A stretch of DNA of 64,000 nucleotides from Bacilli bacterium. GTDB taxonomy: Bacteria; Bacillota_I; Bacilli_A; RF39; UBA660. The position numbers and the translations under genes are program-made. Position 1 is the first letter of the stretch. Every line of letters begins with the position of its first letter. The stretch spans positions 67,367-131,366 of the forward strand of contig JAFXOW010000010.1 of assembly GCA_017528315.1 (NCBI GenBank), read 5' to 3'. The notes below the pieces were generated by a model. The model ran no database searches. It had not been told where the DNA came from and was given only the letters and a program-made list of their open reading frames with translations. Positions 19,339-29,412 of the stretch are shown here, one piece after another.

Positions 19339-20787
19339 GTGATTGAAATGAAGAAAACAGTTTTAATGTTAATAAATGGTTTTGGAGTTGAAAAGAAAAA
19401 TTCTTATCCAATCTATGATGATGATCTTATGCCAACATTTGCAGCCCTTTCACGTAACTATTTGTTTTCTAATAATTCAGTTATATCACATGTTAACAAT
19501 ATTTATGATGCTTACCGAAATATTTCTCTTGATGTAAATGAATTGTATAATTATTCAGTAATAAGTCGTGATATAGCAAGTAAAACATTTGGAAACAAAC
19601 AAATGTTATTAAATTTAAAAAAAGATTATGAAACTAAAAATGGTAATTTACATATTTTTTGTTTAGTAGATACTAGTTTAAAAATAGTAGAACATTTAAA
19701 AGAAACTTTGAAAGTAATTAATCCTAATATGAAAAAAAATGTATTTCTTCATTTAATAATATCATCAAATAGTATTGAAGATTATAAGTATTTAACAGAA
19801 GTATTTAGTAAAATTAATATGGATATGTCTGGATATGGTGAAATAGGATTTATTTTGGGATTAAATTCAATAGCCAATACAGCCAAAGATGTTGATTTAA
19901 ATTTCTTTTTCAAGATGTTTATTTCAAAAGTTGGAGAAAAATGGCAATCATTTACCCAAAAGTTTGATGTTTTATATGCAATGAAAACACCTCCAAGGGA
20001 AACTAAACCTTTTATTGTTAATTCTAATTTTAGTTTAGATATTAATGACACTTTTATGTTCTTTAACTATGATAATATTGATTTAACTAATTTTATAAAT
20101 ACTTTATCTAATATAAAATATGGTGATTCTAAAAATAATTATTCATATTATTCATTGTTTGCTGTTACTAGTAAAATTGCTATACCTTATCTTTATGAAG
20201 TAACTACATCACCTAATAGTTTAGTTAATTCATTAAATGAATTAAAAGCTAAAGCTTTAATGTTTTGTAACTTAGATCAAATAAATATTATAAATTATTT
20301 TTGTAATGGATTAAATAATACTGCAAGTGATACTATAACTTTTATTGATATGAAGAAGATAGAACATGATCCTAATAGTATTTATAATGCAATAAGAGAG
20401 TATGATAAAGATTTAGTAATTATAAATTATAATTTAGATGATTGTAGTACGGTTAGTGAGGTTAAACAAAAACTTAAAGATGCTGATAGTTTATTAAAAA
20501 TATTAGATACTAATAGAAATGGAAGTAAATATACTGTAATAGTTTCTAGTTTATATGGAATGATTAAAACATTAAAAACTGATAAGGATACTATGGGTAC
20601 TGTAATATTTTCAGAGGAATTACCATTTTTATATATAGATGACTTTTTAACGAAAAAGAACTTTTTAATTGCTAGTGGTTCTATTAATGATATAATAAAA
20701 AGTTGTTATAAAAGTTTAGATATGAATAGTAAATATCAATCTTTGGTAGAAAAGAAAAATGGTCTTTATAAATTATTCTTTAAATAG
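19339..20787 (+). CDS. hypothetical protein
   Basis: 482-aa ORF with no recognisable motif. Confidence 0.4.
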   Translation: MIEMKKTVLMLINGFGVEKKNSYPIYDDDLMPTFAALSRNYLFSNNSVISHVNNIYDAYRNISLDVNELYNYSVISRDIASKTFGNKQMLLNLKKDYETKNGNLHIFCLVDTSLKIVEHLKETLKVINPNMKKNVFLHLIISSNSIEDYKYLTEVFSKINMDMSGYGEIGFILGLNSIANTAKDVDLNFFFKMFISKVGEKWQSFTQKFDVLYAMKTPPRETKPFIVNSNFSLDINDTFMFFNYDNIDLTNFINTLSNIKYGDSKNNYSYYSLFAVTSKIAIPYLYEVTTSPNSLVNSLNELKAKALMFCNLDQINIINYFCNGLNNTASDTITFIDMKKIEHDPNSIYNAIREYDKDLVIINYNLDDCSTVSEVKQKLKDADSLLKILDTNRNGSKYTVIVSSLYGMIKTLKTDKDTMGTVIFSEELPFLYIDDFLTKKNFLIASGSINDIIKSCYKSLDMNSKYQSLVEKKNGLYKLFFK

Positions 20788-20795
20788 AGGATTTT

Positions 20796-21503
20796 ATGAA
20801 TAAATTTTTTAGCAATTTAGAAAAAATTGGAACTCTTTATATTCCTGTTTTTTTCTTAGTATTGATTTTAAGTATAATATTAAAAATAGATATATTTTTA
20901 ATAATTAAATTTATTATTAGTTCTTTATCTATAATTGTAGGTGTAAGTTTATATTTAGTAGGATATGATTTAAGTTATCCTAAAATAAGTGATAAAGTAA
21001 GTTTAATATTATTAAAGAAAAAAAATATAATTTATATGTTATTTATATCATTTATTTTATCTTTTGTAATTGTTTTATTTGAACCAGAATTATTAAAAGT
21101 ATCTATTAATAATATAAAATTATTAATATTATTGTCCTTTAGTGTTAGTGTTTTCTTTATATTATCAATTTATAGAATTTTAACTAAAGGAAATTATAAA
21201 TATTATTTAATTATTTCTTATATATTAGTTTTTTTAATTATGATGATAACTGATAATAATATTATTCCTTTTGCTATGGAAAGAAGTGTTTTATCAATGG
21301 GACTTGTAAGTGCACCTTTACTAATAACCATGGGAATGAGTTTATCTAAAAGAAGTAAATATGTTAATGAAGATCATACAAGTTTTGGGATACTGGGATT
21401 ATCTAGTATTGGACCCATGATGATATTTATGATTTTAGGAATATTTTATAAATTTGATTTAAATATTTTTTCTAATATTTCTATAATAAATAATTTAATA
21501 TAA
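20796..21503 (+). CDS. polytopic membrane protein (possibly N-terminal part of a frameshifted gene)
   Basis: 235 aa, multiple TM helices. Frame 0 ends at 21503 while an open frame-2 continuation begins at 21494. Confidence 0.4.
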   Translation: MNKFFSNLEKIGTLYIPVFFLVLILSIILKIDIFLIIKFIISSLSIIVGVSLYLVGYDLSYPKISDKVSLILLKKKNIIYMLFISFILSFVIVLFEPELLKVSINNIKLLILLSFSVSVFFILSIYRILTKGNYKYYLIISYILVFLIMMITDNNIIPFAMERSVLSMGLVSAPLLITMGMSLSKRSKYVNEDHTSFGILGLSSIGPMMIFMILGIFYKFDLNIFSNISIINNLI

Positions 21504-21652
21504 AAAATAATAAAAAAAATGTTTTTATTGTAATAAAGGGATTAGGTTTAGTATTTTTAGGTATTGTTTTATTTTTAATAGGTGCATATAATTATTCAGA
21601 ATTTGCAAGTATTATAGGACAAGGTATAAAAAATTATAATATTATTTTAATA

Positions 21653-22135
21653 ATGATAATTATGTTTATTTTTGGTTTCTTTATTATTCGAGTAGAACCA
21701 TCATTTAATTTTTTAATGAATTATGTAGTTGAAGCAACTAGTGGTGGAATTAAGGAAAAGTTTTTAGAATTTTTCTTAGGAATAGGAGCCAGTATTGCTT
21801 TAGTAATAGCTATTTTTATAGTTAAAAATAATTTAAATATTTTAGAATTTTTACTTCCTAGTTTCTTTTTAGCCGTTGTTTTAGCTTTTTTAACACCTAA
21901 TAAATTTTTAGGAATAGCTATGGATTCATTAGGAGCTGTAGTAGGTACTATTTCTTCGACATTTTTTATTCCATTTTTATGTGGGATAAATAGTAGTGTA
22001 CATACAATAGGACTTTTAGCTTTCATTGGAATAGTACCAGTAATATTTTTAGAAATCGCAGGATTTATTTATGAAAAAGAAGTAATATTACATGATTATA
22101 ATAGTTTAGATGATAGGATTATTGATTATGATTAA
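21653..22135 (+). CDS. polytopic membrane protein (frame open upstream to 21494)
   Basis: 160 aa from ATG. Same frame is open and hydrophobic from 21494 (…IKGLGLVFLGIVLFLIGAY…) with no canonical start, suggesting continuity with 20796-21503 across an A8 tract. Confidence 0.4.
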   Translation: MIIMFIFGFFIIRVEPSFNFLMNYVVEATSGGIKEKFLEFFLGIGASIALVIAIFIVKNNLNILEFLLPSFFLAVVLAFLTPNKFLGIAMDSLGAVVGTISSTFFIPFLCGINSSVHTIGLLAFIGIVPVIFLEIAGFIYEKEVILHDYNSLDDRIIDYD

Positions 22136-22211
22136 ATTGTTAGTAATTATTTATAATAAAGAAAAAAGATTAAAATTAATCTTTAGAAAATATAATTTAA
22201 ATTATCAAATT

Positions 22212-22760
22212 ATGGCAAATGCTATGGGTACTGCTAATAATAAAATATTGAAGTATTTAGGACTTAATAGTATTAAGAAAAATATTTATTATGCAATTAT
22301 TCCAAGTAATATAGAAAATTATTTGTTTAATGATTTAAAATTATGGTGTAATATTGAAAAAAAAGGAAATGGTATTGCTTTTATAGTTCCAATATCTAGT
22401 TCTAGTAAATTTGTAGGTGAGATAGGCGAAAGTGGTGAAAATAATAAAATGTTTAAAAAAGAATATGAATTAATCGTAACAATCGTTAGCGAAGGTTTTA
22501 GTGATTATGTAATGCATGCGGCTCATCTTGCAGGATGCAATGGTGGTACAGTTATAAAGGGTAGAAGTGTAGGAAGTCATGGTACTATATTTATGGATAT
22601 ATCAATTGAACCAGAAAAGGAAATGGTTTTAAATATTGTTCCTAAAAAGATTAAGAAAGAAGTTATGGAATCAATTACCAAGTACTGTGGTGTTAAAACA
22701 GATGCTAGAGGAGTACTAATATCTCTTCCAATTGATAATGTAATAGGTTTAGAAAAATAA
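22212..22760 (+). CDS. tandem PII-like (GlnB-fold-like) protein
   Basis: Two repeats of about 90 aa ending in KGNGIAFIVPI and ARGVLISLPIDNVIGL, resembling the PII C-terminal beta-hairpin. The ORF is open from 22110, but ATG at 22212 is more plausible. Confidence 0.4.
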   Translation: MANAMGTANNKILKYLGLNSIKKNIYYAIIPSNIENYLFNDLKLWCNIEKKGNGIAFIVPISSSSKFVGEIGESGENNKMFKKEYELIVTIVSEGFSDYVMHAAHLAGCNGGTVIKGRSVGSHGTIFMDISIEPEKEMVLNIVPKKIKKEVMESITKYCGVKTDARGVLISLPIDNVIGLEK

Positions 22761-22771
22761 AAAAATTTAGA

Positions 22772-22816
22772 TAAAATAAGAAATTAATTTGAAAAAAATT
22801 TTTTTCTTATTTTTTC
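22772..22816 (+). repeat. terminator-like palindromic repeat copy B
   Basis: ATAAAATAAGAAATTAATTTGAAAAAAATTTTTTTCTTATTTTTT, matching copies A and C. Confidence 0.6.
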
Positions 22817-22984
22817 TTTAGAAGATATTTTAAATTTAAAAAAATATATAGTTTTTAGATAGTAGTTTTCAAAATTAAAATCAATAGTTAAAGAAAAATA
22901 TGATTTAAATACTATTTCTAAAATATGCAAATTATCTATTGATAAGATTAAAGAAATAATTAAATCTAAAGATTGTTAGAAAAA

Positions 22985-23008
22985 AAGTTACTCATTTGAG
23001 TAACTTTT
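22985..23008. terminator. hairpin terminator (AGTTACTCA-ttt-GAGTAACT) at 3' end of punA
   Basis: Inverted repeat flanked by A/T runs. Confidence 0.5.
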
Positions 23009-23810
23009 ATAATTTAGTAACTAATTCTTTGATAACATTTTTAAAATAATTTTCGCACTTTAAAGCAGTTTCTTTGACATCTTCATGACTTAATATTTCT
23101 TGATTAATACCAGCTGCCATATTAGTAATGCAAGTAATACCAATACATTTTAGTCCAGAGTGTCTTGCAACAACAGCTTCTGGAACAGTAGACATACCAA
23201 CGGCATCAGCTCCTAATACTCGTAAGGCGCGAATCTCAGCTGGAGTTTCATAAGTAGGTCCTTTCATATAAGCATATACTCCGGTATGACATTTACCGGT
23301 TATTCTAGAAATAATTGGTTTAAGTATTTCAATGTAATTCTTGTCGTAGACATTAGACATATCAATAAATCTTTCCCCAAATTCCGATAAATTAGGACCT
23401 CTTAGAACACTTTCAGCAAAGAAACTTAATTGATCTTCAATTATCATTAAATCACCTTTTTCAAAATTAAGATTGATTCCTCCAGCAGCATTTGTAAGTA
23501 TTAAAGTTTCTACTCCTAAAAGTTTGAAAATTCTAATGGGATAGGTAACTTCTTTGAGATCATATCCTTCATAATAATGAAATCTTCCATTCATAGCAAG
23601 AATTGAAACGTTATTAAGAGTTCCAAATATTAATTCTCCTTTGTGACCAGGAACAGTAGAAATTGGAAAATTAGGAATATCCTTATATGAAATTATGGTT
23701 TTATTTTCAATTTCATCAGAGAGACTTCCGAGACCTGAACCTAGTATTATAGCAATTTTGGGTATATCAGTAACCTTACTTTTAATAAAATCAACGGTTT
23801 CTTGAAACAT
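23007..23810 (-). CDS. punA: purine nucleoside phosphorylase I (inosine/guanosine type)
   Basis: 267 aa. PNP family-2 motifs …IAIILGSGLGSL…MNGRFHYYEGY…. Confidence 0.85.
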   Translation of the reverse strand: MFQETVDFIKSKVTDIPKIAIILGSGLGSLSDEIENKTIISYKDIPNFPISTVPGHKGELIFGTLNNVSILAMNGRFHYYEGYDLKEVTYPIRIFKLLGVETLILTNAAGGINLNFEKGDLMIIEDQLSFFAESVLRGPNLSEFGERFIDMSNVYDKNYIEILKPIISRITGKCHTGVYAYMKGPTYETPAEIRALRVLGADAVGMSTVPEAVVARHSGLKCIGITCITNMAAGINQEILSHEDVKETALKCENYFKNVIKELVTKL

Positions 23811-23916
23811 AATATCCTCCTATAAGACCACTATAACATAAAAGAAAAAGAAAAACTAGTAAAAAATGTTAATAAAAATAAATATTTTAAATATAATCTA
23901 TTAGGAGGACCTAACA

Positions 23917-24429
23917 ATGGTTAATAAACAAGGATTATGGTTTTTAACACTTACCAGTTTAGCATTAGTATTAAGTGTCTATTACATAACAATGCCTAAT
24001 GAATTATTACTTTCTAATAATAGTAATTATGTGGATAAAACAGATTCTGTAAATAAGGAAGAAGGGGATACAGATATTAAAACAAGCAATCTTATTACTA
24101 GTATGAGAGTAGATTTAGATGAAGAAAGAAATTTGCTTATAAATGAATTAGAAGGAAAATTATCCGATAGTAAACTTTCAGTTGATGAGAAAAATGAAGT
24201 ATATGAAGATTTAAAATATATAAGTGAATTATCTAGCAGGGAAAGTATGTTAGAAAAAAAGATAAAAGATGAATTTAAATTAGATAGTTTTGTAAAAATA
24301 AAAGATGATACCATATCAGTGGTTATTAATTCTAGTAATCATGATAAGAGTTTAGTTGTTAATATTATGAAAAGTCTTCAAGAAGAGTTTTCTGACAAAA
24401 TGTATATTTCTATTAGTTTTAAAGAATAG
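23917..24429 (+). CDS. membrane-anchored hypothetical protein (possible sporulation-associated)
   Basis: N-terminal TM, acidic coiled region. Located immediately upstream of gerE. Confidence 0.35.
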   Translation: MVNKQGLWFLTLTSLALVLSVYYITMPNELLLSNNSNYVDKTDSVNKEEGDTDIKTSNLITSMRVDLDEERNLLINELEGKLSDSKLSVDEKNEVYEDLKYISELSSRESMLEKKIKDEFKLDSFVKIKDDTISVVINSSNHDKSLVVNIMKSLQEEFSDKMYISISFKE

Positions 24430-24471
24430 CAAATAAGTATTTCTTGCATACAATACTATGTAGGAGATATT

Positions 24472-24675
24472 ATGAAAAATATATTAACAGTTAGAGAAAA
24501 AGAGGTATTTACTTTATTAATTCAAAATAAAACAACAAAGGAAATTGGAGAAGAATTAAAAATTTCTGAAAAAACTGTTCGTAATCATATATCAAATGCC
24601 ATGCAAAAACTTGGTGTAAAAGGAAGAGCGGGAGCTGTTGTTGAACTTTTAAAATTAAATGAAATATCACTTTAA
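24472..24675 (+). CDS. gerE: LuxR-type HTH transcription regulator GerE
   Basis: 67 aa, near-identical core to Bacillus GerE (…KTTKEIGEELKISEKTVRNHISNAMQKLGVKGRAGAVVELLKL…). Confidence 0.85.
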   Translation: MKNILTVREKEVFTLLIQNKTTKEIGEELKISEKTVRNHISNAMQKLGVKGRAGAVVELLKLNEISL

Positions 24676-24692
24676 AAGCGTACTAATGAAGT

Positions 24693-25637
24693 ATGCTTTT
24701 TCATATATTTAAGTGGTGGATTATGTTAAAAAGAAAATCATTAAATAAAATTTATTTAACAACTTTAGTCTTATTTATTATGTTAGTAACGATTACTTTT
24801 GATTATTTAAAAGCGGATAAAAATAATATTATTTATGAAACAGAATATGTTAGTAATTTAGTAAATACTCATATATATTTATTAAATAAAGATAATTTGT
24901 TAGTTAAAGTTGATCATTTATTAAGAAGTAATACCTTAGAAGAAAATATAGAAGATATAATAAATGAATTATTTGTTACAAATAAAAAATATAATAATTT
25001 AAAAGGACTTATACCAAGTAATACTAAATTAAATAGAATAACAATAGATGATAAAACTGCTAATTTAGATTTTTCTAATGATTTGTTAAAAGTTAATAAA
25101 AATATTGAAGAAAAAGTTATTGAAAGTATTGTTTATAGTTTAATAGAATTAGAGAAAATAGATAATGTTAAAATAACTATTGAAGGGAATCCTTTAACAA
25201 AATTAGAAAAAAATAATAAAAATTTACCAATATTATTAAATGAATCTATTGGTATTAATAAAGATTATACTCTTAATAGTATTAAAGATATCGAAAAAGT
25301 AGTTATTTATTATGTTTTTAATGATAACAAAGATAATTATTATGTTCCAGTTACTAAATATGTAAATAGTCGAGATAGTAAAATTAAAATAATTATTGAT
25401 TCTTTAAAAGGAAATTATTTTTCTAATACTAATTTAATAAGTTATTTAAATAGAAATAGTAATATTGATTTTAAATTAGATACAGATATATTAACCATTA
25501 CTTTTGATAGTTTAAATGAAGATACTTTAGAAAGTGTTACTTATTCTATATCAAATAGTGTTTTTGATTCAGTTGAAAAAATAAATAAGGTTATATTTGA
25601 AGTAAATTCTAAAATAATAGATGTAAAATCAAAATGA
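24693..25637 (+). CDS. membrane-anchored hypothetical protein (GerM-like?)
   Basis: 314 aa, N-terminal TM, N/K-rich extracytoplasmic region. No firm motif. Confidence 0.35.
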   Translation: MLFHIFKWWIMLKRKSLNKIYLTTLVLFIMLVTITFDYLKADKNNIIYETEYVSNLVNTHIYLLNKDNLLVKVDHLLRSNTLEENIEDIINELFVTNKKYNNLKGLIPSNTKLNRITIDDKTANLDFSNDLLKVNKNIEEKVIESIVYSLIELEKIDNVKITIEGNPLTKLEKNNKNLPILLNESIGINKDYTLNSIKDIEKVVIYYVFNDNKDNYYVPVTKYVNSRDSKIKIIIDSLKGNYFSNTNLISYLNRNSNIDFKLDTDILTITFDSLNEDTLESVTYSISNSVFDSVEKINKVIFEVNSKIIDVKSK

Positions 25638-26537
25638 TTATACACCTTCTAAATCAAAGTTTGGAATAAAATCAGTACTATTTGTATTATCTAGTTGAGT
25701 ATAAGCATTTTTAATTCCTAAACTAATAGCATATAAGATTAATTTATCATAGTCATGTTTTTTAACAGAATGATTTAATTCTTTATATTTTAATGGATAA
25801 ATTACTGTATATTGGTTCATAATACTAATATAAATATTGTCTTGATAAGTATCATATAAATACTTTAATATTTTACAAGAATCATGAAGTTGAGTTGGAA
25901 GCATTAGATGTCTTACAATTACACCTCGAGTAATATTTCCTAATTTATTAAATTGAGGTTTTCCTACTTGTCTATACATTTCTTTAATTACTAAGGTTGC
26001 ATTTTCAAAATAATTTTTGGCATTAGAGTATTTTATTGCTAAATTATTATCATAGTATTTTAAATCAGGAAGGTATACATCAATCAAACCATCAAGCATT
26101 TTTATGGATTCAACTGTATCATAGGTTCCTGTATTATAAATAATCGGAATATTAAATCCTTTACTTTTAGCAAGTTTAATAGCTTCTATAATTCCCATTA
26201 TATGAGGAGTAGGAGTAACTAAATTAATATTAATAGCACCTTTACTTTCTAGTTCTAACATAATATTAGCAAGTCTTTCACTACTTATATTTTTTCCAAA
26301 GTTTTTCTTTGAAATATCTATATTTTGACAATAAATACATCCCATATTACATCCAGAAAAAAAGATAGTTCCGGATCCTTTTTCGTTAGATATACACGGT
26401 TCTTCAAAATAGGTAAGAGTAGCTTTGGCTATTCTTATTTCATTTGTTTGTTTGCAATATCCAACTTGTTTATATCTATTAACTAAACAGTTTCTATTAC
26501 ATAAATTACATTTTTCTAATATATCCATAAACATCAC
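25638..26537 (-). CDS. radical SAM protein, PflX-like (PFL-activating-enzyme homologue)
   Basis: 299 aa. CxxxCxxC radical-SAM cluster motif GCNMGCIYC plus N-terminal CNLCNRNC…C cluster. Confidence 0.6.
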   Translation of the reverse strand: MMFMDILEKCNLCNRNCLVNRYKQVGYCKQTNEIRIAKATLTYFEEPCISNEKGSGTIFFSGCNMGCIYCQNIDISKKNFGKNISSERLANIMLELESKGAININLVTPTPHIMGIIEAIKLAKSKGFNIPIIYNTGTYDTVESIKMLDGLIDVYLPDLKYYDNNLAIKYSNAKNYFENATLVIKEMYRQVGKPQFNKLGNITRGVIVRHLMLPTQLHDSCKILKYLYDTYQDNIYISIMNQYTVIYPLKYKELNHSVKKHDYDKLILYAISLGIKNAYTQLDNTNSTDFIPNFDLEGV

Positions 26538-26623
26538 GAAAGTTATTTTATCAAAAAAATATTAATAATGCTATTCATATTTAAAAAGTATAATAAAAAA
26601 AATTTAAAGAGGAGTTTTCACAA

Positions 26624-27052
26624 ATGGAAAATGAAGAACAAAAAGATTATGCAAGATTGATAGCAGCTCAAAATGAATCTGCAAGAAGATTAAAAATTAA
26701 AGGAATTACTAACACTTTAACAGAGGAACATAAAAAGAAAAGAGGATTTGCTATTGCTTCCGGAATATGTTTGGCTGGTTTAATGGTTGCAACCCATTTT
26801 TCCGGTATTGACCCAAATCAAGCACTTCAAACAGAAATTCAATCATTAAGTTCTTTTGATGCTTTAAAAGAATACTTAGGAGCTTTTACTCCTGCAATGT
26901 GGGGATCAATGATTGCAAGTGTTGCTAGTATTTCAAAATACATAAGTCACAAAAAGAAATATGATAATGCTAATCAAGAGTTTTATGATATGATGGATAA
27001 TGAGCCAAAAGATTATCAAGATATTGTTGAAAGTCAAGCCAAAAAAAGATAA
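26624..27052 (+). CDS. hypothetical protein with central hydrophobic segment
   Basis: 142-aa ORF, strong RBS aagaggag. Confidence 0.35.
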   Translation: MENEEQKDYARLIAAQNESARRLKIKGITNTLTEEHKKKRGFAIASGICLAGLMVATHFSGIDPNQALQTEIQSLSSFDALKEYLGAFTPAMWGSMIASVASISKYISHKKKYDNANQEFYDMMDNEPKDYQDIVESQAKKR

Positions 27053-27063
27053 GGAGGAATAAA

Positions 27064-27288
27064 ATGTTTGAAAAAGGAACTATTTTAACTTTAGCAGATG
27101 ATAATGAATATGCTGTTGTAGATAAATACAATGAAAATAGTATTATTTATGTCTATTTGGTAGATATTAATAATAATAGTAATATTATATATGGAAAATT
27201 AGAAAATGATGAAATTGTTGAATTAACAGATCCTTATGAGTTAGAAAAGGTTATTAAGCAAGTAAATATAAATTTACATAATAATTAA
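27064..27288 (+). CDS. hypothetical small protein
   Basis: 74-aa ORF with RBS aaggagg. Confidence 0.35.
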   Translation: MFEKGTILTLADDNEYAVVDKYNENSIIYVYLVDINNNSNIIYGKLENDEIVELTDPYELEKVIKQVNINLHNN

Positions 27289-27290
27289 AA

Positions 27291-27326
27291 AAACAATAAT
27301 TGTAATAAATTATTGTTTTTTTTGTT
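27291..27326 (+). terminator. rho-independent terminator (ACAATAAT...ATTATTGT + T8)
   Basis: Inverted repeat followed by T8. Confidence 0.55.
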
Positions 27327-27531
27327 AAATCGCATCTTTTCGATGATATTCTTTAATGGTGCAAGTGGCGTAGTTATCTACAACTTTTCATATTATTACG
27401 AATTGATATAGAAATATTGTTTATTAATATTAATATGTTATAAAATCTAAATTTTACACCATCTCATGGTAATTATTGTTTACATTTTTATTAATATGTG
27501 TTATAATATGCGCTATTAAAAGGGGATTAAT

Positions 27532-28761
27532 ATGTTAAAAAAAGATTATATGGAATATGTTCAATATGTACTAGATATTGATGAAGAGGAAATTAATGAA
27601 TTAGAAAATGGAAACTTTAGTACAGCAAAGAAGTTAAATTATTGGATGACATATCACTACTTTGATTATATCTTTGCAATTATAAATGGTTGTTATAAAA
27701 ACTATGATGATAAAATGCTTGGTTTTATTTCTATATTAGCTACCAGTTTATCTTGTAATACAAAGTTAAGATTTGAGACAGAAAATTTAATTAATTTCAT
27801 TAAATATTACTACAATAAATTTTTAAGCTTTTCTAATATTGACATATCATATAATAAACTAAATATATTAACTCAAGAAGAATTAATTCAATTATTACAA
27901 TCGATGATTAATAAAATTTGCGAAGTAATTCAAATAAAGGTTGATGAAGTTAAGAAAGCAATGCAAGATAACCATAGCAATACAGAAAAACCGTTGAAAA
28001 TACAAAACAAAATACAAATTAATATTTTTAACATAGCAAATATAGATAATTTATTTAATAATTATCAATTTAACGATATTTTAAAAATATTAGTAAAATA
28101 TAATCAATATATAGACTTTGATATACTTAATTTTATTTCTCTTAAGGCTAAATATTTAATGATTGCACCACCAGAAAATATATTGAATAATGATGAACTA
28201 ATTTTTAAAATTAAACATTCTGGATTTATTCCTAGTCCTTGGCTTAATAAAATGTCCCGTGAAGAGTTAATTTATGAATTTAATCAAATAATTATTAAAC
28301 GATGTGCTAACATTTTAAAAAAAGTAATATCAATTTGTTTTAAAAATTTAGAAAAATATGGTTCTATTTTAGATAAAATATATCAAAATACAAAATGCAA
28401 TGATAAAATTGGTTTAAACATTTCAAATTATTTACCAGATTATAATTTAAGTAATTTTTCTTTATCATGGGATAAATTGAGTGATAATGAAAAAGATAGA
28501 ATAAAATATATAGCCGATGCCTTGGAATATGGAGCAATTACAAATTCTGTTCACAATACAATTAAAACAGATGACACAATTGAAAGTTTACTGTTTAAAG
28601 TTGGTATATCTTCTTGGGAGATTTCTAAAAATATATTGGAAGCTGACAATAAAAGAATTTTAGCTTCAATAATACTTAAATACATTGATGAAGAGATTCT
28701 AGAGTTTAATGATGCAATAAAACCACAATTGCCAAACTTTTTTAATTCTGTTAGAAAATGA
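27532..28761 (+). CDS. hypothetical protein (orphan, in tRNA-proximal AT-rich islet)
   Basis: 409-aa ORF. Promoter-like TTTACA…TATAAT upstream. No recognisable domain. Confidence 0.4.
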   Translation: MLKKDYMEYVQYVLDIDEEEINELENGNFSTAKKLNYWMTYHYFDYIFAIINGCYKNYDDKMLGFISILATSLSCNTKLRFETENLINFIKYYYNKFLSFSNIDISYNKLNILTQEELIQLLQSMINKICEVIQIKVDEVKKAMQDNHSNTEKPLKIQNKIQINIFNIANIDNLFNNYQFNDILKILVKYNQYIDFDILNFISLKAKYLMIAPPENILNNDELIFKIKHSGFIPSPWLNKMSREELIYEFNQIIIKRCANILKKVISICFKNLEKYGSILDKIYQNTKCNDKIGLNISNYLPDYNLSNFSLSWDKLSDNEKDRIKYIADALEYGAITNSVHNTIKTDDTIESLLFKVGISSWEISKNILEADNKRILASIILKYIDEEILEFNDAIKPQLPNFFNSVRK

Positions 28762-28951
28762 CAAAATATTTAATAACCTAGGTATTTTGACATAAGTATC
28801 AAAATACGCAAACTAGAAATAGTTAATTTATAAAATATTAATTATTTACTTGTATTATTGTGATATTTATGTAATAATATTTATAGGAATATTTAGTTAG
28901 TTTGGGTACTATTCTCCTTTAACTTTAATAAAAGTGAAAGGAGGTGAAATT

Positions 28952-29044
28952 ATGAGAACAAGAGAAAAATTTCTTTTTACTATCATAATACTCCTTATTA
29001 TAGTGATTTTAATCATTTTAATAAAAATAGTACCAACTGTATAA
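28952..29044 (+). CDS. tiny hydrophobic peptide (30 aa, single TM)
   Basis: Strong RBS aaaggaggtgaaattATG. MRTREKFLFTIIILLIIVILIILIKIVPTV. Followed by hairpins. Confidence 0.35.
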   Translation: MRTREKFLFTIIILLIIVILIILIKIVPTV

Positions 29045-29208
29045 GTCGGTACTAAAACCAAATCTTGGGAATAGTACCTAACTCATCAAAACTAGGTATT
29101 CCCTTTTTTATTATATGAGATTTCTCTTCACATATACATAATACCACAAAAAAGAACTTTTTGCAAGTTCTCTATATAAAGTTCGAAAAGTTCGAACAGA
29201 TTCGTCAT

Positions 29209-29291
29209 TGGTGCGGGTAACAGGAATTGAACCTGCACTCCGAAGAACTAGTTCCTAAGACTAGCGCGTCTGCCAGTTCCGCCATACCCGC
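29209..29291 (-). tRNA. tRNA-Leu (anticodon TAG)
   Basis: Reverse complement folds into a class II tRNA: GCGGGTA acceptor, anticodon loop CTTAGGA, long variable arm, TTCAATT T-loop, CCA. Confidence 0.85.
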
Positions 29292-29304
29292 ATAAAAAAT
29301 AAAT

Positions 29305-29381
29305 TGGTGGACCCTATAGGACTCGAACCTATGACCGATCGGTTATGAGCCGATTGCTCTAACCAACTGAGCTAAGGGTCC
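29305..29381 (-). tRNA. tRNA-Met (anticodon CAT; could be tRNA-Ile2 lysidine type)
   Basis: Reverse complement GGACCCTTAGCTCAGTTGGTTAGAGC…CTCATAA…GGTTCGAGTCC…GGGTCCACCA. Promoter TTGATT-17-TATTAT on minus strand at about 29400-29440. Confidence 0.8.
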
Positions 29382-29412
29382 AAAAACAATTTACTGAATT
29401 ATAATAGCATAA

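Noticed and set aside
22110-22211. 5' extension of the PII-like ORF (start 22110, overlapping the upstream membrane gene)
   Set aside because: The N-terminal 34 residues are hydrophobic/low-complexity and overlap the preceding gene. ATG at 22212 precedes the first PII-like repeat.
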